From IMG/VR virus record IMGVR_UViG_3300018420_002445, positions 5,974 through 69,973 of that record: a stretch of DNA of 64,000 nucleotides; one strand, given 5' to 3'. Positions 48,901 through 54,115 of the stretch are shown here, one piece after another (the stretch's first letter is position 1; the number at the start of each line of letters is the position of its first letter). A model generated the notes under the pieces. That model ran no database searches and had not been told where the DNA came from. It worked only from the letters and a program-made list of their open reading frames with translations. Origin of the DNA: a virus. The translations under genes were made by a program, and so were the position numbers.

Positions 48901-50217
48901 TGTAGGATCTGATGAATCTCCTACGTATGTGATTGTATAAAAATTTTCATTAACATTTGTGTAAAAACCTTCTTCCCACAAACCTTCATTAATGTTTGCT
49001 ACCATTGAACCTGTTTCAGCAACTAAGGTTAATGTTGGACCGTTTAGTGTTAATGAAATAGTAAAGGATGTTGAATCGATAATATCTTTTACATAATAAA
49101 TCGTATCTACATCTAATCCACCAATTAACGGATCATTTGCAGGTACTGCTGTAAAGGTAACAGTCTGATTAGCAACTAAATCATCTGTTGTTCCAGATGA
49201 TAATTTAAGTTGTGATGTTGTAGTTTCATCAATTGCTAATGTTACAGGAGCAACAATCTCTGGTGATGTTAGATTGACATCATAGTTTGCTCCACTCTCA
49301 TCAAAGAATGATTGAACAAATCCTACTTCGTTAGGTTCTTCTGTTTGATAGAACATAACAGTAAGACCTTCTAATGACGTTACACCATCAATGTTTCCTA
49401 CTTGACTAACTGTTAAGCCGTTAATTTCTGAAAATAGTTTTGTACTAACAACACCTACTGTGTTTTCTCCGGGGAACAAAAAGTCATTTTGTGCTTCTCT
49501 ACTAGGAACAGTAAATGTTACATAACCTGAAGTCGCACCATTATTGTTAACACCTAAAATTTCTCTTGTGTTTTGTGCACCGTCCATGCCCGTAACACCA
49601 GGTACACCTTGTATCCAAAATTGAGTTTCTTGGTTGATTGCAAATCTATATGACCCGCCACGTAATAAAGTAAGAGTAGGATTAAGAGAACCTGATGCAG
49701 TACCTAATGCTCTAATACTATATGCATTTGCTGTGTCTGTTACAATATAATCAGACTCTGAAAATACTGTTGCACTAGCAACTGTAACTGCTGGGGGACC
49801 GTCTGGTATCCAGTAGTACTGATTAAAGTTAATTAATTTATCTAAGTCTGTAAAAGAGTCCCATGAATAAAATTGACTATTAAACAAACGAGAATTATCT
49901 AATGTTACTCCACCTTTAAGTTGTAATGCATCAATAAGTTCTGGATAAGTTAAAAAGTCTTTAGCAGTAGATTGGTTTTCATTTAAGAATGCAGTACCGG
50001 GTGCAAGTTGATAATCTGTTCTTGTTTTGTTTGGTTCAGTTACATAGTAATCTTTTGCGTTAACACCATAACCAAACTTACTTCCAACATAACCTTGCAA
50101 CGTTTCTGTTTTGGGTTCATTGACTAACTGATCTAATGTTGCACCTAAAAACTGTGCATTGGTAGAGGTTTTAAATATCTCTGGTAAAAACTCTAATGTC
50201 CTGATCTTTTGTGCCAT
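30925..50217 (-). CDS. Giant 6430-aa virion protein (baseplate wedge-type scaffold with repeated beta domains and propellers)
   Basis: Uninterrupted 19.3-kb ORF directly after the gp6-like gene. N-terminal FLPEIF motif, repeated F..GG....YYV..I...FTIS units, and FG-GAP-like and Asp-box-like repeats. Confidence 0.75.
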   Translation of the reverse strand: MAQKIRTLEFLPEIFKTSTNAQFLGATLDQLVNEPKTETLQGYVGSKFGYGVNAKDYYVTEPNKTRTDYQLAPGTAFLNENQSTAKDFLTYPELIDALQLKGGVTLDNSRLFNSQFYSWDSFTDLDKLINFNQYYWIPDGPPAVTVASATVFSESDYIVTDTANAYSIRALGTASGSLNPTLTLLRGGSYRFAINQETQFWIQGVPGVTGMDGAQNTREILGVNNNGATSGYVTFTVPSREAQNDFLFPGENTVGVVSTKLFSEINGLTVSQVGNIDGVTSLEGLTVMFYQTEEPNEVGFVQSFFDESGANYDVNLTSPEIVAPVTLAIDETTTSQLKLSSGTTDDLVANQTVTFTAVPANDPLIGGLDVDTIYYVKDIIDSTSFTISLTLNGPTLTLVAETGSMVANINEGLWEEGFYTNVNENFYTITYVGDSSDPTIRLIPAGVIPTEEKITAQFGTEFIGLDFYRSLSGEITKIPYLSALLDTLYYQDGTNPNKVGTIKLIESNLTNTLNVDEDIIGQKTFTSTNEVVFTNGLKVQFDGDVVPSKYLTGEYYVQGVGESINLIPTTDLTVPEDFTGTNYIPYDSLPYSIGNFDTELFIPVDQDYITIGRNSINRNAWSRSNRWFHIDVINATADYNEDPSIVTTYATGANKAKRPIIEFYPNLKLFDAGTNAKAPVDFIDTRTTNAFDQVANKQQYYPDIETYTSYTATIAGVTGTSTTITIPTADIFTSFDVNMYVTDSNFALPNNTQITNIEEVGTNTVLTVEFANSTVVGQTNVSIVGSDTTVNNYELFSGARIVFTADTNLEVRNKIYVVGFSTITFGSTPVITLTEAEDSLCLVDDQTVALRGYNYQGSTFWFDGTAWEEAQQKLTVNQAPQFDIFDKDGVSFGDASVYQGTSFLGNKLFAYGRGTGVNDAILGFPLRYSAVDNVGDISFDCSLNVDSFSYVTGSTPVTEKVNTGYVYNYTTRTDKTRELGWQTALAPSVQYQIFELEYSKGSEASFTCDVAVIPESDDSWPRIQVYVNNVYQLESTYTVTETDTTTKIKLNTAPTVDTPVQILVLSNQTSDTAYYSIPINLSNNPFNTDLEIADIGDIRSQYQDIFINNPNSEGTIFGSNNLRDLGNLVPYGTKIIQNSASLVLPSVFLRKSEHNLFNALQYNSDQYIQYKQQLVKTVNDIEWERRFEPSYILDTALEQMVSAKSEQDSFFWSDMLPSQAPYKTNTYTFANALQESIYPLAQTYDFTKANYKGVLVYLTRTTSGVTTTSQLIRDVDYVVSTTAPSLTVTKDLQAGDVVTIKEYNQTYGNFVPNTPSKLGMYPKWKPEVVLDPNYQTPTYMLRGHDGSYTSLYTIDYTPETGLTDFRDQALLEFETRIYNNIKLSTLVPIERYEVLPGFFRESTYSTEDYLKIYSSQFLNWAGQNRIDYKTQTGYTKSNQFSWNYFQSGNKLTNTPIDQGYWRGIYEYFYGTSQPNIAPWEMLGFTEMPSWWTSRYGPAPYTSENGIMWGDIEAGIIYNAGGTTSITIDELKRPGLSKIIPVDEHGDLLSPFDALVGAYDSNTLQRDWKVGDDAPAEFSYRRSSSYPFDLMRIFALTKPSQFFNLGADLDNYKFNTEFNQYLVNDRSHLNISAIDIYGNGTAKTSYINWIVDFEKQQGVDATVDITRVLNNVDVRLIYRLAGFSDKTLLKFFVEKATPNSDNSSLLIPDESYAVLLHDNQPNDQIKFSSVLIQIVPNGWKVFGNSQDQAYFTTDTPISNGNKSKVEVDEYVVEIANDYTQSKTDEKIVPYGTQFYTYQALSQFLASYGAWLQRKGMKFDLIENGAEINWNTMIREYLYWTQFNWENGSIITVNPSAQNLKIEKDSLVVQPLTVEQDNFLLNQNLYPIATKDLAIERLDTKFQVKTLNVGDTMGYGQFNMSSIEHGIVFDNNTVFNDVIYNLVTGLRQNRIYLRGTKTAEWNGTVNASGFILNQDNIKEWQVAFKYAKGEIVRYKNKYFIANKTIEPSATFVELDWTETDYNDIQKGLLPNSATRSYESTLYYNSTKANLENDADQLSFSLIGFRPRDYLASVNLSDITQVNVYKNLIETKGTTNAVSAFKGTQLPTGGIDYDVYENWAILSGEFGGTLNNNFVDFKLDQAKLTGNPGIVSLTEGMPTIGSQQEVSVHNLFNYARPIEGPNILSTLQSEDPLSLYPTAGFVNYNDVKMAAYDFRSLSNRATNVNGRRIPLQQFYVRDYMWIANFKEHWRVYSIKPVGQVSQVQPNNDNTTTVTFRQRHGLSVLDAVAFIEVSPNVNGYYIVTKVPNNNQIIINLTLDLENASTFPINASGLGLTFVDQRVSKPGEIVDLDLLEAEFSKNTVWVDEASDGDWGVYRKSINYSLTNNLNRTDGQEFGSSVAYTPRMGYLIGDSAAGKVYRYGLNPQTNAFDEDTGSLLTESASFGTAIAYSDNLFVISEPETSLTTSTLRIYTLNDSVLTDDILELQSFTATFSSGTSLAISNDQNFIFAGNPSNNSVQVYGRQRIPLTAGYFNIGETYEITAVGTTDFTAIGAVENKVGIIFNATGVGTGTGTANQISYEALSDIDGTLAPVNATAGDNFGFSVSCDSNGDTISIGAPNTPSPTSKVNWGKNFVYSRLVQNIESQYTAIPNQPQQYPLAWTTSFTSRSASAVASSVITANATMTGFNNNDPVAFNEGGDFGDTGITPNQVYYLSDISGNTFKLKESRSSSSTLTFTNDTVNFDIYVQTEPLLVSVNGTVVDDDNYAVGGGTSDFRYFGDIRAGDIINISTRNIQWVQTMVSYADERVGTFMGYDSDMTSYGSELLIGAPGEIRINGEKQTDGTVYRYTNGGGKYGTVIGTSDCLLTADRKLLINGYLVELASGSNATTVANLINQYGITNITASASDGKLIISIIDASLALVNEKLLLQAPNTNTFSELGLEIYSETQTIFAPHNVSRTLFGNTIKFNESDSVVISAPVSTRFLATTFDFIDDENLDNDTIFDNNATRWVDTWDNAGALYMYDYLANYNGSIADPGKFIYAQNLNSQEQNYGFEPQYATALDFTNNQVIIGTPNLSVGDLEGQITLFKNSGTAKDWALYRQSSPIVDISRIQNSQVYSAETNDTLINLDYMDPMQEKLLGAVRENIDYINSVDPATYNSAVGELNSGLTWGANQKGHIWFDTSKVRWMNYHQNDVAYNARFWGRVFPGSQVACYTWVKSTRPPAQYRGPGVPKSNTKYSVETDINATNTVQPCYYFWVRNTNVVETSIGKTLSDATLQTYIANPTRSGIAYFAPLLQNTFALYNTQPYINTTDSVFHIGYAEGNNDDPSHQEFNLIKAGEPDDFLPGLPKFGPQTSTNRPEGLYDRLLDSLSGVDEVGEVVPNPYLPKAVQSGVLARPRQSFFFSRFLGLKNYLEYANKVLAEYPISETRQDATYLFATGEFYDTADYWQYVNWWLPTTNPVGQYNNNTKSTVSVATYADLAKLNVDINTIATVEANGDSKWEMYRYDGNSVWTRIGLENGTIQFKTYLWDYAAGKTGFGDNFFDTTDFDEYPSEETRWIIRALNEQIYIDELVEFRNKSLIILFEYIQSETDESQNYLPWLNKTSLVDVSHVIRELKPIQNYQQDNQEFLSGYINEAKPYHVVIKDFLFKYTGIDTYAGNITDFDLPAEWNESTQSYISPQLVYENVDGTNEFLPTDAIWQKEQYQNWYNNYGLSIVGQTDYEITELNEYMTIGSVLIMVDNAQGFPINGTIQIDDEIISYSFVDRALNTLGGLQRGLNGTTPTTHLPGAKIIIDLPAVVILDGGKNYIEPPKITAYIDLEKYPAPRVEAELEAVMSVDSVISVNVINPGEGYAVLPEIRIAPAEQYFFTNDDINSTLHTIKLFAPSLQTGNLIQYKDDSTTGASVDRLVNGQWYYINVLETTPTTIVGLYTSYDDAVNETNRVKLSAGNTDGDFALNLGAKASAITSSVPTRENEIAIRFDRTTYTSQILDWEANVFYGSFFAGSYFNSENVSSSSISLQATQPPIADISASAQGAIFEIVNVTNDNDVYYTEFKRTVELTEATGNLIRLDPYDENNGELNASGSTIGFYVGMPIKFTGAVIGGIVDEQVYYVESVVNVTDFTISETPGGAVKTLPDATAPSAGMFAYAGEVTDTAVVTLNYPGLLTATATEAVTNKVTIPQSVVGTGGTDGFYQGISLFFTGDVFGGIEENDVYYVTTVVDEQTITLGTTETALTTTVSATTATTDVITVADTTGFSVNDPVIFNMMLDASGNKITDFGGITSGTVYYVNEIVSTTELKIGVSVNVSPLTLSTVTTGSALLTNQKDTVELSTATGSMLMHVSLPVSPGQVDGQKFTMYNTSAYYTDINTGVLTNTLDRTCYATIAGDNAQGTDNRIALSDQDKGTFNFYAGMPIVFNSVPGGSGLSTGVTYYLFDFSTDGDESTYISVDCTSTSSSTNRITCADTSSLWVNMPITFTGVGLGNIIVGDEYYVKSIDNATQFTISELVGGSTFVLQNDNGPMIGTGNPWIRLSTTSGGTQDVTVSDTNTTFSLSQAPTTDAIFDIGYKLGGYRVILSNAGEGYAIDNIITIAGTELGGTSPLNDATLQVNEVDDDGAITSLIVSGEPNDLTTDYYLKVISQNQLEVYSDARMTVPVTGIGFDFNGFTTTDVTGCTSGTDSITLTDVTGFSLNDEVIFAGTIPSNSIDAEVSTSYYIKTIDTSTNEITISTNPGGTAVNVITTVSITGLTLSKPGSYAFLPEPFYFNQSIIKYLDRVYRCVISNNDPEFVIGKWEELRSDNRILNALDRVEGYYQPNINMPGVDLNQLFAGTTYPNAVYLGNAFAPEDQFAIDTILKDEPFYPTGVSITGVLWNGINYIASANFDKYSGVIASINGQSWSTKQISNIVVDATDIVYGGGLYVMTTTNTATPVYRSNDGVTWTTNGWFTPYGALPYDTTPYSSTSLSIAALSLQSTAYRNNYYVSVGDSIVNSPDTYVWSERKTYDTPLAVTLYGVNSIDTTDFGGFIAVGKGKKYDYSTGITELIDTNIIAYSYEPTGEYWQDGPQLTPNGLYGVASNGTIAIAVGENDVKYQTSNGGDWTGINEVGIVSINESSNELNITNTAGFVNADPIRVTNSFGGLLVDTTYYINIVSSTQVEIYTDSGLTSQVTLVDDVIPLQARMYLYDANSDNLRDVIYADSIWMTVGDNGRIQTSTNGLRWTTQTSGTTQDLNGVTYASETDTFIVVGDNNTILQSTDSGVTWTSTSAFTVEAPVYDVKGEDFTSGYGPEELVPGLIKDNVNLTVVTRPGTVWDVTEYSHTGFNVVSRVVAPTTEFQVDYSFDQFVQYPIDMSIQIIDPATGLGTGLATSEYSINWVTKVITLNTPLSFAPKESLRIDVYEVGNGNQIVKGNTDTDPIREIASTGFNDIYLNCNYSASFFQGSGAIRPGSNAIEVEAIETIAAGDTIVCESVTKFTANEAISFQGVVFGGVAEDTTYYVKSISTATNSITISESYDSSTGLAGPIKSLTDATGSMLVNVQTGTGTVWTDPLVYHNGNRLVLGLTNTVSKTKASNNAITTGTTLGLSVGNRIQFAADMFGSDITPNTVYYIESIIDNNEFTISETDGGPAVTLTDSAGISSYVTNDYAIGIQPNGIQAELVLANPSGYNNADDYIVYTIFGDSGDPSQYGYSLPEIQEYVGNGSQASFPMNNYNGGDNPHNAIVEIDGLRQTNTSYTIDDGSNTVLFNSPPALGAKVSVLTYNNTERQYLTTQYGISGTSGSSFTTITVTATTHLEGTFDEDTPDVETYDQDTPTVVLYDELLDYLTCADTSVLAEDEPIVFSNPTIGGITAGVTYYILEIIDATTFTISLQVGGTPVTVTTDTGSMVGSSNAITVANITNIETGQENPLAVVQATATTATSNEITFDSTTGFAVDQQIYFQGNDFGGLEQGQVYFVENVIDATTATIKDQTGAQVVLSTATGLMVTTVGGNPTTRITTGIPHSLATDQLVKIDGVYGAVELNGNSYYARVFDQYRFEIYTQVYNPALDAVNYPVTGVSTYISGGYVWKQGTFFLVTTQATATATTNRITCQDTSQLVVNNEVIFSQQGQVAGSSVLGGLIQGTTYYIKQILSNTEFTVGLTRNATVEVSLTNDTGVMNVTQWEQTNVERLWVTVNGYRLPTSRLRLDEDNEVSLLTDIAPGDVVVITNMIPHSTPDEEIYLNAVNAESTQSIYRANTQSRTWLAQPIFPLSQVIYLGDVTRVTDNLVEERTAPTPINNIYSIGLNSDKNILSGVTVLNNTTGNTLDTDTYEVVIEELAPILKITDGTYISAGDSLTITSLEGNVLYINGEQIKFSSVDFNNNSVTGLQRGANGTAVQEYIAKYTEVFSLLSNNRLPDLYIDQSWNSYNFNTVEGDPLSISETVPAQFLHTDIT

Positions 50218-50232
50218 ATTTTATTTACAACC

Positions 50233-53200
50233 TTAAGACTGCATTGTCGCAGGAGTTAATGCTGGAACAATTACTATATCTTCTGTAGTAGCCGCATTTA
50301 CAAATATTTCATACGGTCTACATTTAATTTCATATAAATCACCAAATAATTTTTCTGGATCATCTGAAACAAGTATAACTGAACTCACTAATTCTCCTAT
50401 TTGTTCATGTAGATACGCACTTAATTCTGAAAAGAAAAAAGTATCGCCAAAGTTCCAATTGTTGATATCAAAATAGTTATCCATTGTTGCTAATACAGAA
50501 CTTCTTATTTCACTATTAGATGCATTTGTTGACTGTGATTTCACCACTTTAATAGTTGCTCTTAATGATTGATCTGCTTTAGGGCCAAACAATGGCTTAA
50601 ACGTGACACTATTTAATATAACTGAGTCTGATAGCATTTTATAATTTTGTACTAAAGGATATTCAGTATTCAATTCATTTAATGTTGGTTGTTCAGGTTC
50701 TTTAACTGTGTCCGTTGTGTCTTTAATATAGTTGCTGTATGCAGTATAGTATGATTGTGTTACTACATAAAGATCAATAATATTTGTTGTCGCCGGATCA
50801 ATACGTGTAGTGTTATTAGCATTATGTCTATATTGATAGTCTAATCCTTGTCTGCCTGATTTAATAGAATAATCTAATTGTTCAGTCATAATATAATTAG
50901 GCGTTGTTATTGTAGGATCTTGTACCGACTTATAAAATTTGTTTTCATTAAAGGCATAAAATAATTGTCCTACAGGGAATTCATATTTAACAATTTCAAT
51001 TTGATTTTTAGTTCCATAAGTATAAACAACATCTGTACTTGGTACGATTAATTGTCTGGTTAAATTAACTGGATCTGTTATTGTTCTAAAGAAAACATAA
51101 ACGCCTGTATTGGCTCCGTTATTTACATACCCAGTAATATCATTAAAGAAGTCAGGGTCTAATATTAATTGACCATTGTTGACATCAGTTGCGGCAACTT
51201 CAACTTGGAAGTCATTGACGTATCCATCACTTTCGACAGTTTGTCCTAATATATTAACTTTAGTGTCTGCGCCTAGTGCGGTTGCTGTATTAAACACTGT
51301 ATTAATACCTAATACATTAATAAAGTCTTGTATAATTTTACCTGTAAACGGATCATATACTAATTCATCTTTGCTATAAGTAAATCTTGTATCTGCAACA
51401 CTACCAAAATAATATGTAAGTGATCGGTAAGATACTGTATAACGATTGTTTCCTAAACTTGTAAACTTAACAAAATAATTTGCATTTGATGCAGAACCAA
51501 TTGACCAACGTTCTTGGTTAACTAATAATGAATTATTAAAAATTAAAGTAAAGTCTTGTTGTAATTCAATTTTAAGAATTGCTTCTTGTATAATCTCAGA
51601 AGACAAAGAGTTATCAAATACAGGAATAAGTTCTGTAAGTATTACGCCATCGGGTACATATCCATTTACTGTTACTGGTCCTTGACCGTTTGCAAATGTT
51701 CCTTCTCCGTTATTATTACCATCACCCACAACATTTAATACTGTTGACCATATATAATTCTTTTCTCCACCTGTAGGTACACCTGCAACTAAACGATTGT
51801 CTGCATCGAAATAATACCCTGTAGGTGCATTAAATTTTAATAACGCACCTTTAGTTGCATATTTTGCATTGGTCGTTGTAAATGTTCCTATAGGTTGAGG
51901 TCGTTCTATTGTTCCGTCAAGTGAGTAAAAATATCCTGTTTCACTTGATGCATCAACTGAACTTGTTTTCCAATATAAAGTATTTCCACCACCTGTGCCT
52001 GGATAAGCATAACGAGTATAATTTTGAATGTAATATTGATTAGCACGATTTAATGCAAGTACAGATGCTAAATCATCTGTAAAAAATTGAATAATATCTG
52101 ATGTATTATTTACTTGTAACGTTAAAAATCCATCTACGTTATCTTGGTATAGTGCTCCGTCATCTCCAAACGAATTTGTGCTTGAATACTTTCCTGTTGG
52201 ATCAAGCAAGTCTAAGTTTTTAGATACACCAACTGAACTTCTATTAATTGCTTTTGACTTAATAATAGAGTTATATAAAGTGTATGGGAAGTTTGTATAA
52301 TCTTCACCATTAACCATTCGATTTTGTGTGTAATATCTTGTCGGTGCTCTTTGTTTAATTTGTGCTAATGGTTCTCTTGCTTGTGCATTTGTTACTGCAA
52401 CAGGCAATTGAAAATTTATAGATAGAGTCTGAGTACTGCCTGTTCGATCAACATAGTTAATAGAAACACTTACGCCGTTCATTTCTGAAGGGTCAATAGT
52501 ATATGTTAGTGCGTTACTTGATCTTACATATGCTCTAAAATTACCTACGGGCATTTCTGAAAACACACCATCACCAAATACATATGTGACTTGATCGTTT
52601 ACACGTGAGTTTACAGAAAATATTTTCTTGTTACTTGACTCAGTTTGTAAGTAAGCATCAGCATAAACATTTTCTACTTGTGTCCATGAACCTAATGTGT
52701 TATCCGCGTTTAATTGATACAACCATGTATCAGTTTCATTGACACCTGCAACATCAACATTAATTGTTTGGTTTGAAATTTGTTGCTGGAAATTAAAATT
52801 AAAAGGAGTCAATGATCCTTGTTTAAAGAAAAACATAAATCCTGTATTAGGACTACCAAAACCTAATCTGTCATTTCTATATAACATATTAATTTTATTA
52901 GTAGGTTTAGGTGGAAGTTCATAGACATAATTTTCATCTAATGACGTTGCACTTACCAATTCAAAATTCATACCCTTACCGTCTACTTGTGAAGTAAAAG
53001 GTACAATAGGCATTGTTCCTTCTGGCAATCTTATTCCATATTCACTTGTTCTAACACCTAAAATATCAGAACTGTTTCCTGGACGTCCTATTCTTTGCGA
53101 ATCTACCATAGCCGCATTGAATATCGTGTTCATTTGATCTAACCAATTAGTGTTAGACGGATCATTCCAACTTATTGGAGTATTACTTAAATTGACACCA

Positions 53201-53616
53201 TTTGCATCTCTAACATTTTCAGTTGTTCTGATAGAAGATACTTTTAGATAACCAGATGCACATGAGTTTCTTTTAGGTGTGTATCCAACTAAGTCTGCTA
53301 ATTTTACTACAGAGTCTCTGCGTTCGGCCGTGTCGATGAAATTTTCACGTGTGTTTAAATCGTTTCTAAAGGCAAGACCTTGACCCATAAAAGCCATGAT
53401 ATCAAGTAGAGCAATGAACTCCGAACTTTCGATATAATCATTGTAGGTTTCAGGATAATAAAGTCTAATATAGTCGATAAAACTTTTTCTTAGAGTTTCA
53501 TAATCATATGATCGAAAGTCTGCCTCACGAAAGGTTTCGTAGATTGCTTTCCAATCATTTACTCCAAAGAGTCCTGATTGCCTTGAACTTGTAGCCATAG
53601 TTTTTCCCTGTTTCAA
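50233..53616 (-). CDS. gp6: Baseplate wedge subunit, T4 gp6-like; likely start ATG 53598
   Basis: YDYETLRKS...NDYIESS...LLD...ENFIDTAERRDSV..LA..VGY.P, FGDG and QNRMVNGEDY. Confidence 0.85.
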   Translation of the reverse strand: MKQGKTMATSSRQSGLFGVNDWKAIYETFREADFRSYDYETLRKSFIDYIRLYYPETYNDYIESSEFIALLDIMAFMGQGLAFRNDLNTRENFIDTAERRDSVVKLADLVGYTPKRNSCASGYLKVSSIRTTENVRDANGVNLSNTPISWNDPSNTNWLDQMNTIFNAAMVDSQRIGRPGNSSDILGVRTSEYGIRLPEGTMPIVPFTSQVDGKGMNFELVSATSLDENYVYELPPKPTNKINMLYRNDRLGFGSPNTGFMFFFKQGSLTPFNFNFQQQISNQTINVDVAGVNETDTWLYQLNADNTLGSWTQVENVYADAYLQTESSNKKIFSVNSRVNDQVTYVFGDGVFSEMPVGNFRAYVRSSNALTYTIDPSEMNGVSVSINYVDRTGSTQTLSINFQLPVAVTNAQAREPLAQIKQRAPTRYYTQNRMVNGEDYTNFPYTLYNSIIKSKAINRSSVGVSKNLDLLDPTGKYSSTNSFGDDGALYQDNVDGFLTLQVNNTSDIIQFFTDDLASVLALNRANQYYIQNYTRYAYPGTGGGNTLYWKTSSVDASSETGYFYSLDGTIERPQPIGTFTTTNAKYATKGALLKFNAPTGYYFDADNRLVAGVPTGGEKNYIWSTVLNVVGDGNNNGEGTFANGQGPVTVNGYVPDGVILTELIPVFDNSLSSEIIQEAILKIELQQDFTLIFNNSLLVNQERWSIGSASNANYFVKFTSLGNNRYTVSYRSLTYYFGSVADTRFTYSKDELVYDPFTGKIIQDFINVLGINTVFNTATALGADTKVNILGQTVESDGYVNDFQVEVAATDVNNGQLILDPDFFNDITGYVNNGANTGVYVFFRTITDPVNLTRQLIVPSTDVVYTYGTKNQIEIVKYEFPVGQLFYAFNENKFYKSVQDPTITTPNYIMTEQLDYSIKSGRQGLDYQYRHNANNTTRIDPATTNIIDLYVVTQSYYTAYSNYIKDTTDTVKEPEQPTLNELNTEYPLVQNYKMLSDSVILNSVTFKPLFGPKADQSLRATIKVVKSQSTNASNSEIRSSVLATMDNYFDINNWNFGDTFFFSELSAYLHEQIGELVSSVILVSDDPEKLFGDLYEIKCRPYEIFVNAATTEDIVIVPALTPATMQS

Positions 53617-53647
53617 GTATTTATCTTTATGGAAAAACCGACTTTTT

Positions 53648-54097
53648 TTATACTACTGAGGCAGTATTTGTTTCAGAATCAAAGAATAATGCTAGGTCTC
53701 CAGCATTATTATACGGAGAAATAGAGAGTTGTACTTCTATTAAAATGCCATTATCTCTAGGAGAAACTAGTATTGTATTGATAGTAAGACGCGGATCTAA
53801 TCCGGCAACTCGTCTAACTTCATTTTGTATGGCTGTTTGAACATCACTTGTGTTAGGATCAAAAACAAAATCCCATAAAGTAGTACCATAACTCGGTTTA
53901 CCTACTTTTTCTCCTCGTCTAATATTAAGTGCGTTAACTAAATCTTGTATAACAAGTTGTTCATCGGTTAATCTGAACTTTTTACCAAAGACTATAGGAT
54001 TAGTTATGCCGTTGGCTTCCCCGTCAATAGCCGGGACAGGGTTAACTGTTCGTGCTTTGTCTGCATTTATTGTTGAAAAACCTATGTAAGTTGCCAT
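53648..54097 (-). CDS. gp25: Baseplate wedge protein, gp25-like
   Basis: DLVNALNIRRGEKVGKPSYGTTLWDFVFDP...DPRL. Confidence 0.88.
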   Translation of the reverse strand: MATYIGFSTINADKARTVNPVPAIDGEANGITNPIVFGKKFRLTDEQLVIQDLVNALNIRRGEKVGKPSYGTTLWDFVFDPNTSDVQTAIQNEVRRVAGLDPRLTINTILVSPRDNGILIEVQLSISPYNNAGDLALFFDSETNTASVV

Positions 54098-54102
54098 AAT
54101 AC

Positions 54103-54110
54103 TATTTATA
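54103..54110 (-). promoter_or_regulatory. T4-type late promoter TATAAATA (related boxes at 13823, 27896, 28901, 30141, 30915, 50222, 53618, 61464)
   Basis: Exact T4 late consensus upstream of the gp25-like gene. TAAATA recurs just upstream of many - strand genes, and a gp55-like gene is in the window. Confidence 0.7.
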
Positions 54111-54115
54111 CCCTA

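Noticed and set aside
53626-53650. Possible intrinsic terminator between the gp25-like and gp6-like genes
   Set aside because: A/T runs are present, but there is no convincing GC-rich stem.
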